Origin: Eledone cirrhosa | Lineage: Eukaryota | DNA length: 64,000 bases | Direction of reading: 5' to 3' | Assembly: GCA_964016885.1 (NCBI GenBank) | Contig: OZ024747.1 | Span: 17,360,001 to 17,424,000 of the forward strand | Translations under genes and position numbers: made by a program | The notes under the pieces: model-generated | Databases searched by the model: none | Told to the model about the DNA's origin: nothing | What the model saw: the letters and a program-made list of their open reading frames with translations, nothing else | Part shown: one piece after another, positions 1 through 13,237 of the stretch | Position numbering within the stretch: the stretch's first letter is position 1 | How the letters are laid out: each line of letters opens with the position of its first letter

Positions 1-1029
1 ATTGAAACATACTCCGATCCAACTGTAGTGAATATTCTGTCTATATTCCACTAAGTTAATTAAAATCTAAGTTTCATATTCTCTGTTCATTAAACAGTGT
101 CGCTTTACATCCACATCGTATATCCCCTACACGTTATTTGACTTAACCATTAACAACCAAAATGTATGTGTACCCGTATTATTGAATACTAAATTATCAT
201 ATTAGTTCAAGGCCATATACCAGTAAAAGTGAGTGCATGCGATTGAGTAGACCACGGCAAATGCCTGAGGATTAATTACTCTATTACATTTATCAACTAA
301 AGTGCAGAGCGAAAGACAAATTAAACCATTCCAAGATTTGAAGTCATTATAAATAACAAATTTAATACAGAAAGGAACGTATTTCGTCCAGTAGTTTCAC
401 GTTCTTCTCACTCAAATATAATCTCTGTTGGAGAATATTGATCAGGCAATATATTACACACTTAAGATATTGTTTGAGGACTCTACCTCCACGACCGTCT
501 AAGGAATAGGTGGGTGAAGAAAAGAAGAAAACCTTATAGCCACAGAATCCAAACACATATTTATAACTTTACTGGTACTAAGTGACTCGATGATGATAGT
601 TAAATTCACCTCGGGCAATATTTTAATGCACAAAATAACAAATGGTGTAACACTATGTCGCAACCTGTATAGTCATACAACATGTTTTGTTTTTCTTTTG
701 GCAATGCAACACTTTCCGATTTAGAGAATATTAACAACTAGGCTGCATTAAATAAACTGAAGCGCTTCAGGCTGAGCCTGAAATAATAGAGAATGATGTT
801 GTTTAGAATCTATCGATAAGTTGTTAATCAGATTTTCTCAATGTGTTATTGTGTTGGAACTAAAAAGAAAAGAACCAAAAAATGGATCAAAACATTAATA
901 TCAAAACACTTATATCAAACGTTTTATGGAAAAGTAGACATATGTACGTAAGTATTTACAGGCAGACACAGGCAAATAATTTTATACACACACTCGCACA
1001 GAGAAACAGATGCACAAACACACACACAA

Positions 1030-1080
<51 letters not shown>

Positions 1081-1083
1081 GTA

Positions 1084-1668
1084 CTAGCAGTGGTACCCAG
1101 CGTTGCATGGGATAAAGTATTGTGAAATATATAACCGCCTTAGATAAGCTTAGTATTGCTACAACCACGGCTGGCAAAGAAGGGTCTCGTGGTACGTAAG
1201 TAAGCAACACTGTGGCTTAAAAAGTGAGGAAGAAGTTGTGTGCACTTACCAAGTGTTTGGGGAATGAGTGTGAGATTTGTCTTGAGCAAGGGTGGCAGAA
1301 TAACCGGATGCACCAGACACCAGACATACAGACAGATATTATAAGGGCGCGTTCTGGAAGCAGAGCGAATTGTAGGAAGTGACGTAATGCAGACAGCCAG
1401 AGATACAGACAGATATTATAAGGGCGCGACATTATATGTATGTATCTATCTAAAAAGAGAAAGACTAAGAATTATAGAGAGAGATCGCTAAATCGCCTAA
1501 TGCCGTCCCTAGGCCATTGAAAATTTGAAAATGTTTTTGCTCAGAACACTCCCTGAAACATAAGTATTACATGTGCAAAGTTTGAAAATAGTCGGTTGGG
1601 TGATTCTCTAGTTTTAGGGATTCAAACTCACACACACAGACAGACATCCTCAGTTTTATATATATAGA
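1084..1668 (-). mobile_element. Non-autonomous Helitron-like element
   Basis: The minus strand begins TCTATATATATAAAACTGAGGATGTCTGTCTGTGTG and ends CCCATGCAACGCTGGGTACCACTGCTAG|T (subterminal hairpin plus CTRR). It has an internal ~30-bp direct repeat at ~1321 and ~1399. Confidence 0.65.
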
Positions 1669-2589
1669 CTAACAGAAAACAACTTGTGGGCCGTTTTCTG
1701 CTAGCAAATCTAGTGTATATACTGATATTGTTGAGATTTGGATGAGAAATGTTTTCGGCACCACATGTTCACCGTTTCTCGGTGTGTCTTTTATGCATGT
1801 ATAAATATATATGTTATCTATACGGTGAAATCTTTGAAATAAATATATGTTAAAACGAAAAAGGAGAAAATAAATAACTGGCGGTTAGAAAAAAATATTC
1901 CTATGAAATTTTAATCATACCATTAGGTGTGAATAAGGAAATATTTTTTTATTGTCAAAACAAATGTTTAAAAGTTAAACTTCAATTTTTTGAATTATTT
2001 CCAATTTTTTCATGAAATTGAACACTGGACATTGGCTGCTGGAAATGGAAATTAAATCGTATTTAATTGTATTTAAATTTCTAACCTTATTTTATTATTT
2101 ATATTTTTTCAATAAAAAAAAACACCAAAAGAAATTGAAGAAAAAAATTGAACAAATCAAACGTAGGTTATGGAACTGCGCAATCTGATTAATAAATTAC
2201 CTCATCAGCAGCAACCTTCTTCAAATGGTCCTTATTATCAGCAGCAACAACCACAAATTCAATGGCAACCTTCTTCAAACCACAAATTCAATGGCAACCT
2301 TCTTCGCATGGTGTCAAGTCAGAACCGCCTCGAACTGGTTACTTCTGGCTTGTGCAAGGTGTCTCTATAGCAACCAGCGATTCCCTCGGCCTCAGTGACC
2401 GAAGTCAGTGGAGAGAGAGGAAGGTAATGTTTCTATAGCACGTGTTTTAGCGTCTATTCACTCTCTCTCTCTCCCTCTCGCTATCCCCCTCTCGTAGTCT
2501 GTCTCTTTCTTTCACTCTCACTCTCTCTCTACGCACGTGTTTCCACTGTCGGACAGACAGAGAAATTGCTGGTTATATATATAAGTAGA
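1669..2589 (-). mobile_element. Second non-autonomous Helitron-like element, head-to-tail with the first
   Basis: The minus strand begins A|TCTACTTATATATATAACCAGCAATTTCTCTGTCTGTCC and ends ...GTTTTCTGTTAG, abutting the TC start of the previous element. The composite sits between A and T with no TSD. Confidence 0.55.
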
Positions 2590-2777
2590 TTACTTTCACA
2601 ATGAAAATAATAACACAATGTCAAGTTATTTAACCTATTCATATTATTGTATTACGATCGTTTCGGAGGATTGATCATATTGACATATTGACTGATCTAT
2701 AGCAGTTATATAACTGTATACTATTAGAAAGGTAGACCACATTAAAAAAAACAGTATACATGTATATATATATATAT

Positions 2778-3290
2778 GCCCCGTCTAGCTTTTTCTCCAG
2801 TTTCGACATTAGCGTCCAAGTGATAGAGCCATAAACAAGCACAGATTCCACAGCAGCTCTGAAGAAATTCCTTTTCAGTTTAGCCGGCAGGTTTGATTTC
2901 TATATCTTTTCCATTGCATTCAATGCTCCTCAGGCTTTTCCCTGCCGTATGCTCCGCGCTGATTTAAACGTGTCCTGGAGGGAACACCCAACGAATAAGG
3001 ATGTCTATGGCAATATACCACCTATCAGCAGGTCAATACGTGGACAGAGACTCAGATTTACTGTCCACTGATGGCGCAGCAAGGAAGAAATAGCAGGTGA
3101 TGTGTTGTTATGGAGTCCATCTCATGGAGCAAGAAACGCTGGTCGTCCCAAGAAGACATACGTCAAGCAACTTGAGGACGATACTGGATGCATTGCGGAA
3201 GAACTTGGAAACGCTATGAGAGACAAAGATGGATGGAGGAGGAGGAAACGTGTCGTAGAAAGCCGAGCAAGCTCAACCTGATGATGATGA
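2778..3290 (+). mobile_element. RTE-clade LINE 3' fragment with inverted 5' segment
   Basis: From 2946 (+) it translates RMLRADLNVSWREHPTNKDVYGNIPPISRSIRGQRLRFTVH*WRSKEEIAGDVLLWSP...GRPKKTYVKQLEDDTG...AMRDKDGW, followed by a (TGA)4 tail. 2778-2942 (-) translates GKA*GALNAMEKI*KSNLPAKLKRNFFRAAVESVLVYGSITWTLMSKLEKKLDGA. (TA)n lies on both sides. Confidence 0.9.
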
Positions 3291-3712
3291 TATATATATA
3301 TATATCAAAAGTCAGAAAGATAAGAGAAAACGGTGTTGCGATTGAATGTGATAAAATCAAATGCAACAGAATGAGTGGGAACTGGGATTAAATACGAACA
3401 ATTGTGACATAACGATAACATGGGAGACTTCTAACTTCAGTCGACTCGGCTTAACTCAGAGTTTTTCTGTTTGACAATGAGTAAGGAACCATAGCTTGGA
3501 GTTCTACAACGAGAGCGTTCACGAATTAGGAATTCGTAGTTCGGGAGTGCTCGCATGGTGGAAGCCTATGCTAGAGTTAGTCTTAAGTTGGTGTGATTAG
3601 CATATGATGGGGTCATATATATTCAAAAACAGATATACTTAAATGCTTGAATGAATGATCAAACTATTTACTCTTTGGTGTATCACGTACATATTTTCTA
3701 TAATATGTCCTA

Positions 3713-3774
3713 GTTTAAATCATCTGGAAAACTAAACTATTTCGTTTAAATCATCTGGAAAACTAAACTATTTC
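3713..3774. repeat. 31-bp perfect tandem duplication
   Basis: GTTTAAATCATCTGGAAAACTAAACTATTTC occurs twice in tandem. Confidence 0.95.
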
Positions 3775-4419
3775 TTTAGTAGAAATATTATGATTTATGA
3801 ATTAAATCTTATATAATAAAAATAAGCATAGAAATATGGTACCAGAGAATGAATAGAGAACTGACAGCTCCAAATATATAGCTTATACATCGGAAGCTCG
3901 TTCAAAATTGCATATTACTGTAATATATACATACGTTCCCAGGTATTGTGTCGCCTAAAGCAGTATTCGTGATTATCGCATTTTGGCAGCTTTACAGAAT
4001 CGTTGTTTAAACTGTATAAGACAATCATTCTTGAATGATAAATATCTTTCTAAACTTTCCACTTGTCGATTTGGAGGTGGGAGAGAAAATGGTTAAACAA
4101 TTGACCCAAGATGGACACGGATATATCTGTTATCTACTACAAAATCTACAATCGTAGCTAGTTGGCAACTTGGCATCATGTCAGTTTTGTGTTTTATATG
4201 GTGAAAAGTCTATAATTCTTCAATCCACAGAGAAAGATACAATGAGATTGTTCAGCATGCGAGAACTCTCTTCAAACTTCCTTTCAACTCACTTTTTAAC
4301 TTATAGAAATGGAAGGGGTGTATCGGGTGTTATAGTCCTTGTAAGAAACGAGGCATGGAATGCATTTTATCTGTGATAGCTGACCTGAAGTCAAATAATA
4401 ACAACAACCGAAACACAGA

Positions 4420-4625
4420 ACAGTTAAGATTATTATTCATTGGTTTATCATATCCGCAATTTGCCTTAAAGGTTTTTTATAGGCAAGGATTTACCACCAT
4501 TTCTTGTTGGTCATGATGTTAATATGAAGGAAATATACGAGAACTTGACTTGATCTGTATAAATTACAGACTTTTCTAGGAAATCTTAGAGCGGACAGAA
4601 TGCAGAAAGCGTGGAACCGGTGATT
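4420..4625 (+). mobile_element. Possible highly decayed DNA transposase remnant (Chapaev3/CMC-like)
   Basis: Fragments LVGHDVNMKEIYENL and FLGNLRAD resemble the PVGHSVHMKETYEN and NFLGNxRA motifs. Frameshifted; recognised by eye only. Confidence 0.3.
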
Positions 4626-5491
4626 AGCAAGGGAGAGGCGTTGAAATACTCATTCCAAATCGCAGGATTATTTCATGATGGTTAGGATGCTATTTCAAGT
4701 CCGTAGATCAGCTTCCAAATGATTCTTTCTCTGACTCATGTAAACAAGCTGTAATAAATGATGATTTTTGCCGACATATGACACAACGTTTACCAGCTGG
4801 TATCCTTCAGTCTTGTATAACAGTAACAACATTGCTCAAAGCAAGATCTTTGGTCATAAATAAAGATGATTCATTTGACAATGTCCGGCGATTATTTCTC
4901 GTCAATGAATAGTAACTAAGGGAGCATCGAAATTTATAACAAGCCATTTTAATAGAAATTCGTGTTTTCTCCTCTGGAGATTATAGATTGTGAGAGGTGA
5001 AATATCTCATGAAAATGATTTTACGATGCGTGTAGTGCAGAGGTAAATAGGGATTTACGAGGTAAATTGAAAAATTTTAAATTGAAAAGTTCTCCAAGGA
5101 TTCCTACTACATTAAGAACATTTAATTAAATGTGAGATAGCATAATGTATTCTCTTGGAAAGTATGTTTAATCAAATGAAACATAATTGCAATGAGGAAA
5201 TTCACTAGAATAAATGATAATTCCTTACAAAAGTGGGAGAGATATGTTAGAATCTTAAAGGGAGTAAAATCTATAAGGAAATAAATTAGTATGCAAGAGT
5301 TTTAACCTTGTAACACGCAACACATAGGGCTGGAGAATGTATTTTATTGATTACTAGAAACATTATACCATTTGTTTTCATCATAAACATCCCTAATTGA
5401 GCTGGCCTGTAATGTTCAAGACACATTTACTATATAATATGATATTGTTGGATTTTTAAGAGGGTTGCCTGATTACGATGTATATATATAT

Positions 5492-5493
<2 letters not shown>

Positions 5494-5576
<83 letters not shown>
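5494..5576. repeat. (TG)n microsatellite
   Basis: Pure GT dinucleotide run. Confidence 0.98.
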
Positions 5577-5579
<3 letters not shown>

Positions 5580-6099
5580 ATATGTCATTTCATCAGGGTA
5601 TTATCTCTCCTGGAGGAGGTGCCCAACACTGGATTGCTTCCAGTAAAATCGATCACGGGCCAGCCCTGGCCAATTGGGTCTCAAATAAAGAGTGAGTTCG
5701 TCCCTGTATCTCACTCCCGCGGAGTCCACTTCGTCACTCAGATGGCCTTGTCTGGTGACTCCAGATCTGATGGGGACTGGGGTTCTTTGATTTCTGTTGT
5801 CCGGCATGCCTCAGAAGGTGTGCCATACTCAGCAGGCTTCCACAGCAGGTTGGCGAAGATAATTAGCCTACCTACATAGGCGAAACAATTATATATTTTC
5901 GGTCCCACAAGATTTTCGACGGAGTCTGTAAAGACGAGGAACTCACACATACACACAGAGAAAATGAGAGAGAGAAAGATTGGTGGAAGGGAAATAATCT
6001 CGGTAATGTTACGTGCGCTAGCATTGACATTTTCACTACACCTTTGGAATTGAATATAGTATCACAAATATATATATATATATGTTTTCCTTTTCTTAA

Positions 6100-6352
6100 A
6101 CCAAAAGACTCATTTGGTCTGTACTTATCCCGGTTTCATGGCGTGAAGCGACTGAGAGTAAAAGACTTACCCCTGGACAGGACGACAGTCCATCGCAAGG
6201 TTAAACCAGCTATTGCTGGTAATCATCTTCAGCTGAGTATACTAGAGCAACGTGAAATGAAGTGTTTTGCTCAAGAACACAACACGCAGCCCAGGAATCG
6301 AACCCACGACATTATGATCTTAAGTCCAACACCCTTAGCACTAGGCCAAGTG
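6100..6352 (-). mobile_element. tRNA-derived SINE (type A, CORE/V-like central motif)
   Basis: The minus strand shows A-box TGGCCTAGTG and B-box GGTTCGATTCC, then GTGTTCTTGAGCAAAACACTTCATTTCACGTTGCTC, a motif shared with the copies at 15990, 25558 and 27415. Confidence 0.8.
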
Positions 6353-6562
6353 ACTCCAATATCGCAAGTATATATACACAGCCTATATACTATAAACCAA
6401 TACCAAATATTCTGATTCCAATTCAATTGTTTGTAATTTCTATTTACCTAACGTTTTTATGGATTCTGATTTGAAATTGGTGTCAGGATTTCATTATGTC
6501 AATACTCATCAGATACAAATAGGAAGACTACATACAGACAGAAATGAAGGCACAGCTGCATA

Positions 6563-6598
<36 letters not shown>

Positions 6599-7104
6599 CA
6601 TATATATATATATATTAGAATTGGTGCTCTGAAATAGCGATGTATCGATGTATACGTGAATGAATGTATAGTATGTTTGGCAATATACTGTATGTTTAAT
6701 TAAATCCATGTTGAAGACACACACACACACACATATATGTGAGAGAGAGGGGGGGGGGGGGCGTTCATATATGCTCAACGAGAAATACCTAGTTCTGAAG
6801 TCTCTGCTGGTCTCGTAAAATATTGAATGATACATATATGTTTATATAATATCAGTTGTCAGTCTATCAACTTTTATAAGGCGCCCCCACCATGTGGCTG
6901 AGAGAGCACCGAATACCTACTCACTAAACATAGTGAATTGCGTTGAATTAATCTTATGCCCAGGTACGCATGTTAAATTCGGTGACGATATAAAGTAGAG
7001 CAACTAAGTGACCCACGACAGGATTTGATTCCGGAACGCCAAGAGCCGGAGTAAATACAAGACGACATATCGTATGATACTCAAATAGCTCCATAAATCC
7101 ACAG

Positions 7105-7247
7105 CTTTAGACTGGTACTTTATTGATTGACCCCGCAAGGGCAAAAGCAAATTTGATCTCAGTGAAAAACTGAACTCATAATGCATGAAGTCGGAATAGA
7201 TACTGAAAAAGAATTCCTCCAGCTCTCTAACTCTTCTGCCAATTCGT
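7105..7247 (-). mobile_element. Degraded SINE (type B)
   Basis: ACTGGTACTTTATTGATTGACCCCGCAAGGGGCAAAAGCAAA...CTGCCAATTCG is the reverse complement of the type B body and head. Confidence 0.65.
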
Positions 7248-8218
7248 CTCTTGTATATGTATGGTTTCATATATCTAAGTGTATGTTTACCTAAATATGT
7301 CTGCGAGAAAGGTCGTAATACACAGATGTAGAAAACTAACGAATAACATAATATACTGCTCAGGAAATGAGTTCAATTACAAAGTATTGTAACTACAAAA
7401 CACTTGCAATAAAACTATTTACTATGTTATTTTGATGAAAAAGAAAAGAAAAACGGTTGAGGAAACAGCTCCATTCCTATTGGTTATTTATTGAGGTAGT
7501 GCAACATTGAAACAAAAGTTGAGTTGTATATGGCACATTGAGTGAATGTAGTTTATATAATGAACGTTATAAATCAGAAATGTTAGTCTGTTGTTAATGA
7601 AAGAATGTCTACGCAGCCACTTTTATGAAAAGAAACATTTGGATTGTTTATAATACACACCCATCGATTATATACTTTATGTTTCATTCATGGACGCTGT
7701 GTTGTTTTTATTATTGTTTCTGTTGTTATTTTTTTGTTTTTATTTGCCCTTTACTGTTCCACGTATTAATTTGTTCTTGCTATCAGACAGTATTCTATTG
7801 ACTAACTTAAGGGATTCTCTCTCTCTCTTTTTTGTTTTGTTTTATCTATCAGTCAGTGGGCTAATTGGCTTGGATTATTTATAACCTCAATTTTTCAGAT
7901 GTCCATTGAGAATGAAGTCCATGTGAAATGTTTTTGTTGTTATATATACGATTGTTTAGACTCGTATATAATTTTTTTATTGAATTTTCTTGTGTTAATT
8001 TGTTTTCAATTATGAATTATTCTGATAGATTTACAACAACAATATATTATATTGTCAATAAGGTTTTGGTGTTTTATAATGGTTTATAACTGTAAAAAAT
8101 TCTTTAAATGTCATGAAATACCATGTTTGATTTGGCACGCTTTCTGTTTATTTGACTAATGTATAAATTGTTTTTAAGCTATCAATTTATAATATAGTGT
8201 GTTTTTCACATTGTCTAG

Positions 8219-8239
8219 TTCAACCAGAAGAAGACAAAG
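8219..8239 (+). CDS. Candidate 21-nt microexon (xQPEEDK, phase 1-1) of an unidentified host gene
   Basis: TTTTTCACATTGTCTAG|TTCAACCAGAAGAAGACAAAG|GTATGT, with a TGACTAAT branch-point-like motif ~60 nt upstream. It is purine-rich (GAAGAAGA), frame-preserving and lies in a repeat-free T-rich region. Confidence 0.4.
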
Positions 8240-8799
8240 GTATGTATTGAACCTAAAGTATGTGTAAAGTTGTAGAAACATATGATCAGTAGATTATATA
8301 GATACCTTGCAGTATTTATTACTCCGGGTTTGAGTTCCATTCCAGTCTGTTGCGTGGATAGAACATATATGGTACGTTCAATCCTGTCCTTTATATTTCT
8401 CCTCTACTAATAATTGGCTTTTTTACAATATGAGAAATCAAAATTTGCAACATACTAACTATTTGTTCGAGCTACCATAACCAGTATGAGTATTGCCACT
8501 ACCTACCCAAATGATATGGGAATACAAGCTACCATGTGTATAATGATCCACCGTATCTAATATGAATAGACACAAGGTGCAAATATGACATCCCACTATA
8601 GACGTTTAGGCCTATTTATTGTTTAAAATATACTGATATCTAAGTCTATGGTTCTATAAATGTGAAAGGAAAATCAATTCATGTTCGTTGGCACTAAATA
8701 CTTCACTTATGTTCTAAGTACTAATAAATCAAATAATTGTGTTTTTCCATTTATATTTTAAATATAGTCCAAACTTGTATTAGATTTATATAATTGTTT

Positions 8800-8982
8800 C
8801 TCCTTTTGGCACAAGGCCAACAATTTGAAGGCAGGGAGAGTTTTGATCACATTGAACCCAGGGCGTTACTTTCTCGGCCCCGTAAAGCTAACCTGAGTAG
8901 GATGTAAACTCAGAGCATAATGCGCCAGATCAAATACTGCAAAGAATTTGTCAAATTCTCTAATGACCAAGCCAATCCACTG
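8800..8982 (-). mobile_element. Degraded SINE (type B)
   Basis: GGCACAAGGCCAACAATTT...AACTCAGAGC...GCCAATCCAC matches the reverse complement of type B. Confidence 0.7.
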
Positions 8983-11900
8983 TCCATTTCAAATTTGTAC
9001 AATTGAACTGTGTATAAATGCATAACTAAAGATGGTGATTTCAACGTTGCAATATTTCAAGAATCTGCCGAGGTTTCAGAAGACCAATACTCTCAGAACT
9101 GTAACATTGTATGTAGAGATGATCGGGCCGGATTCCACTATCATTAAATCACTCCAGAAATCTGCTGGATGATACTGGTTAGACTGTTGTAATGTGTGAG
9201 AAGTAACATCAAGAACAATGTATCCATAAGATAATTCTCCTAGTGAAGGAAATTATAGTTAAGTTATATGTGTATGGACCCGTAACTCCTGATAAATTAG
9301 ATGGGTGCCGTAGTGATATACATCATGTATTTGGCGTCTTTAAACCTAGCGGAGCTCATTCCCTCTCCACGTCTGAACACAGGGTAATTCTTTCAGATGG
9401 AGAAAGTGTGTAATAAGGAGGAAGTGAAAAGGGGATAAAAAGAAGAATCGAACTCTGTACTGGACTGGTACTTTTTTATCGATCTCGGATTGGTGAAAGT
9501 CAAATGGACTTCGTCATGTTTTGATCTCAGAGCGCATGTAACCAAAATAAACACTACTAAGCAATCTATCAGACTTTCTAAGGACTCTGCAAAATCGCGG
9601 TCTCTATATAGGTTATAGTTGAGTTTTAATACATCACTACCTTGAATGAATGCTTCGTTACATATCATTGAATGTTTCGATTATGTCAATGTGGAAAGTT
9701 ACCTGTGGTTGGCAGGAGGATAATCATTTTCTCTTATTTCAATTGTATGGAATCAGAAATAAGTACTAGCTAGTAGAACGCAATGGTCTGTTAAAAGAAT
9801 TAAAATTTCTGATATTGACACTGATGCAGTCATACGCTCAATTACTTGACTGGTTCGTGTTTTATCAGCCAAAGAGGAGGAAGAAAAGGTAACTGAAGCC
9901 CTGTGGATTTAGAATTCATAACGTAATGGAATGTAACTTAATTCTATGAGTAATTCCATATGTCGTTTAATTCATTTTGCCATCGATTCGTAAGAGATTA
10001 AAAAGAAAACAGACATATTAAACCTGTGGTATATAAATGTCAATTCACAAAGTTTCTAATGAAGCATTATGGTGTCCGGCCTATTAGTTATAGTGTTGAT
10101 GCCATAATCCTAAACTAATGAGTTGAAATGAGAACCATCAGAAGCTGGCATTTAACCTGACGTCCTATCCTTAGGAGATTTTGTGGCTTCAATTAATTAA
10201 CAGCTTATAAAACGTAAAATCGCTCTTGCCTGAAGAGTCTCCAGGTTCGATACACAGTTTGAAAATTATGGGTTATAAACATAAATGTTCTGTAACTAAA
10301 AGATTTATAATATTATTGTCAAATAATTCGTCACTGTTCATACTTTTTAAAACGAATTGTACACATCCGAGATATATACTTAGAGGTATATCAACCTGAC
10401 CTTATAACAATATAGTACCAGTTATCGACAAAGCACTACAGATGACGAGATGTGAGATTCCAGCAGTCGCCTGGTGATACTAATACCTGGAGAGGTTAAA
10501 CATCTGTGAACATCGTTAGTCTATTTGAAGTATTTACAGAATAGAAAAACAAATATGGGATAAATATGAATGAATGTAGTTAGATAAATCGATGTACAAT
10601 CAATGTTAAAGAGAAAGCAGAGGGTTAAAACTAATTTTTGAAAACAGATCTGAAGAAAAAAGTTCCAAAAGATATTAAAAGCTGTCAGTTGGAATAATAA
10701 AATATGTTCCATTTACGAAATATTATGTTAAATTTGACAAAAGATTCAAGCAATACAATTTTACTTCAATTTGAACGTGTCTCATTTCACCTAATTTGAC
10801 TATTTGCGAGTTCATTTCAAAGTTCTTGTGTATTAACAAATTTAAAAAATGTGTTACATCAAATAGAAAGCATTTTGAAACTAATTGCAGTTGAAAATAC
10901 AATGGTTCTATGAAAATGAATACATTATGTTAACAGCCTGAAAGTGTGTCTTTTTGCTTATCGATCTTTCAGATTTTTTAGCTTATATATTTAAAAATAG
11001 ATTCGTTTATGAGAATATGCATAGAGTCGCTTCTAAAGGTGCCATAAGGCTAAAAGATTGTAGGCGAGTATAGTTAATTAAATTCTTTCCATATTTGAAT
11101 TCATAACCTAAAGAAACCCTAAGTCAATACCGAATAGTTTTTTGTCTTCTATTTTTCTACTTTACCAAATCTGCCAGTCACTCTCTTAAATACTTTCAAA
11201 ATTTCACTAATTTCTATTTTTGTATTTGCTGTTTAAGGCAAATATTTTGTTTTTGTTGATATTGCTGTTGTTGTTTCGCCCTGTTTCAGATAGAACAGAC
11301 CTATGATCAGCCATAACCATCCGTATATCTAGAATGAAATTTCAATTGTATGCTTAATTCTAAAACGCGATGGTATGTGAAGAACTAAATACTTGGCTGC
11401 TATTTCCAGAAAGCTAGGCAGCCACATAAATGCTCATTTCTTGGTGCGTATTTAGTTGCATGATTAAATACAAAAAAGTTTCAATTATTTGTTGGAAAGA
11501 TTGCGAAGTCATGACTTCGAATGAATCTTTTACTAAATACCATTAGTAACATACATGAACTGGCTTCCATGTAGAATTGAAATCAATATTTAGACTTCCT
11601 TCAGGCAACTGGAAATCTTGTGAATTGCTGGTGAATTTTGGGATGGTCTGGTTTATAAAATGTGAAATTAACAGACCCTTTCGATTTTCTGCACTTGGAA
11701 GACATCTTAGTAAGAAGTAAATCAATATAATTTTGCATTACGTTCGTGTTTGATGTCAAAATCAATAGAACTCCTATAATATATGTGTTTTAACGATATT
11801 GAAATCCAGAGCTCGTGACTTCGAAAAGCCAATAACTTATTTGTTCGGACATTTTAATTCACGTATAAGACATCGAAAACTACTCTTTTGAAGCCCCGTA

Positions 11901-13046
11901 GCTGGTAAATTATATTTCGTAAAGCTCATCTGAGTTAAATCTTGTTTCGTAAAAATTCTCTTTGAAATTTGAGGGATTTAAGGTTAAATTATTAGAGAAT
12001 ACAATACATTAATTGGGATTATATAAAAGGAAAACGCACGATGCACCTATCAGAAACCATGTATTGGATGTGTATGCATACTTTTTGCGTTATTGGGATG
12101 TTCTAATGTAAGATTACGTAATCCGTAAAATCGACGAAGTGACTTTTCCGTTTGAATAATTCGTGGGTTGCTTAAAAAGGAAGTTTGACATTACGTGTAG
12201 TAAAGGCTAGGTGTAGGTGTTCGTGGGGAAACGGTGAATGGAATATAATATACAGTATGTTGAAATTGTGTAATCTATAGGTGGAATTTTGTCCGAAAGT
12301 AAGTTATATAAATCATTAAATTTAAGGTGGTAAAGAGGTGACTTTTAGAGATGTGAACAAATGTTTACGGCATTAAGTTATATTCTTTTATATTCCAAAT
12401 TCCAGACCATTTAATTTCCTTGATTGATCATGTAAGTACTCGTCAATTACTAGGGTCGATTAAATCAACCGTGTTCTAACCGTTAAGTTTTAGTCATGTG
12501 TGAAATTTAAGAGGAGATGCTGTAAATCATTTTAAAGCAAATATAATACCATACTTGTAATATTGCACTCGGTTGTGTAGGAAGATAATATAAAAGGTTA
12601 TAGCTATTTTACTACAGCAGTCGCATACTATATATACTTCATAGTCAGTATTGTACTATAGCATGGTTTGATGACGCACGTTTTTAATATTTTTAATAAA
12701 CCTCATGCAATATACCTAAATACTTCAGTATTTTAAACATTATGTGAACTTTACGGGAATTATCAGCTGAATGTATTTTACGAAAAAATCGATTGTAGAC
12801 GGGGAAAAAAAGAAAGATATGAATTGCGTCAATAATATTGATTTATTTTCAGTTAGTGTAAGACATGTTCTAGAGGAGAGGGTAGGAATGTAGTAGATAA
12901 AATATTTCTTACTCTATGACTGATAAATATTTAAAATATTATATAACTAGTTTTAAATCTAGATTATAACACATGTATCTATAATAGTGATGCGTCAGAA
13001 CGAATAGCAATCACTAGATATTCCATAGCATTATTTTTTAAATATA

Positions 13047-13237
13047 GCAAGGGTGGTGGATTGGCAGTATCGGTAGAGGGTCGGACGCGATGATTTCCAG
13101 CATAGTTACGTCCCTTTACGATCTGAGTTCAAATCCCGCCGAGGTTGACTTTGCCTTTCATCCTTACGGGGTCGATAAAATAAAATACCAGTAATGCACT
13201 GGGTAATTTGCTGGCCTTGTGCCTAAAGTAGAAAAAA
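13047..13237 (+). mobile_element. tRNA-derived SINE (type B, Deu/Nin-like central domain), full length with 17-bp TSD
   Basis: A-box TGGCAGTATCGG, B-box GAGTTCAAATCC and body GCCTTTCATCCTTACGGGGTCGATAAAAT. The TSD ATTATTTTTTAAATATA is at 13030-13046 and 13238-13254. Confidence 0.9.

Noticed and set aside
2170-2370. Gln-rich 66-aa ORF
   Set aside because: It arises from short internal tandem repeats within a Helitron-like element.
5590-5880. GC-richer island, possible RTE 3' end (LLWKP)
   Set aside because: The motif is too short to classify, and the ORFs here have no recognisable family.
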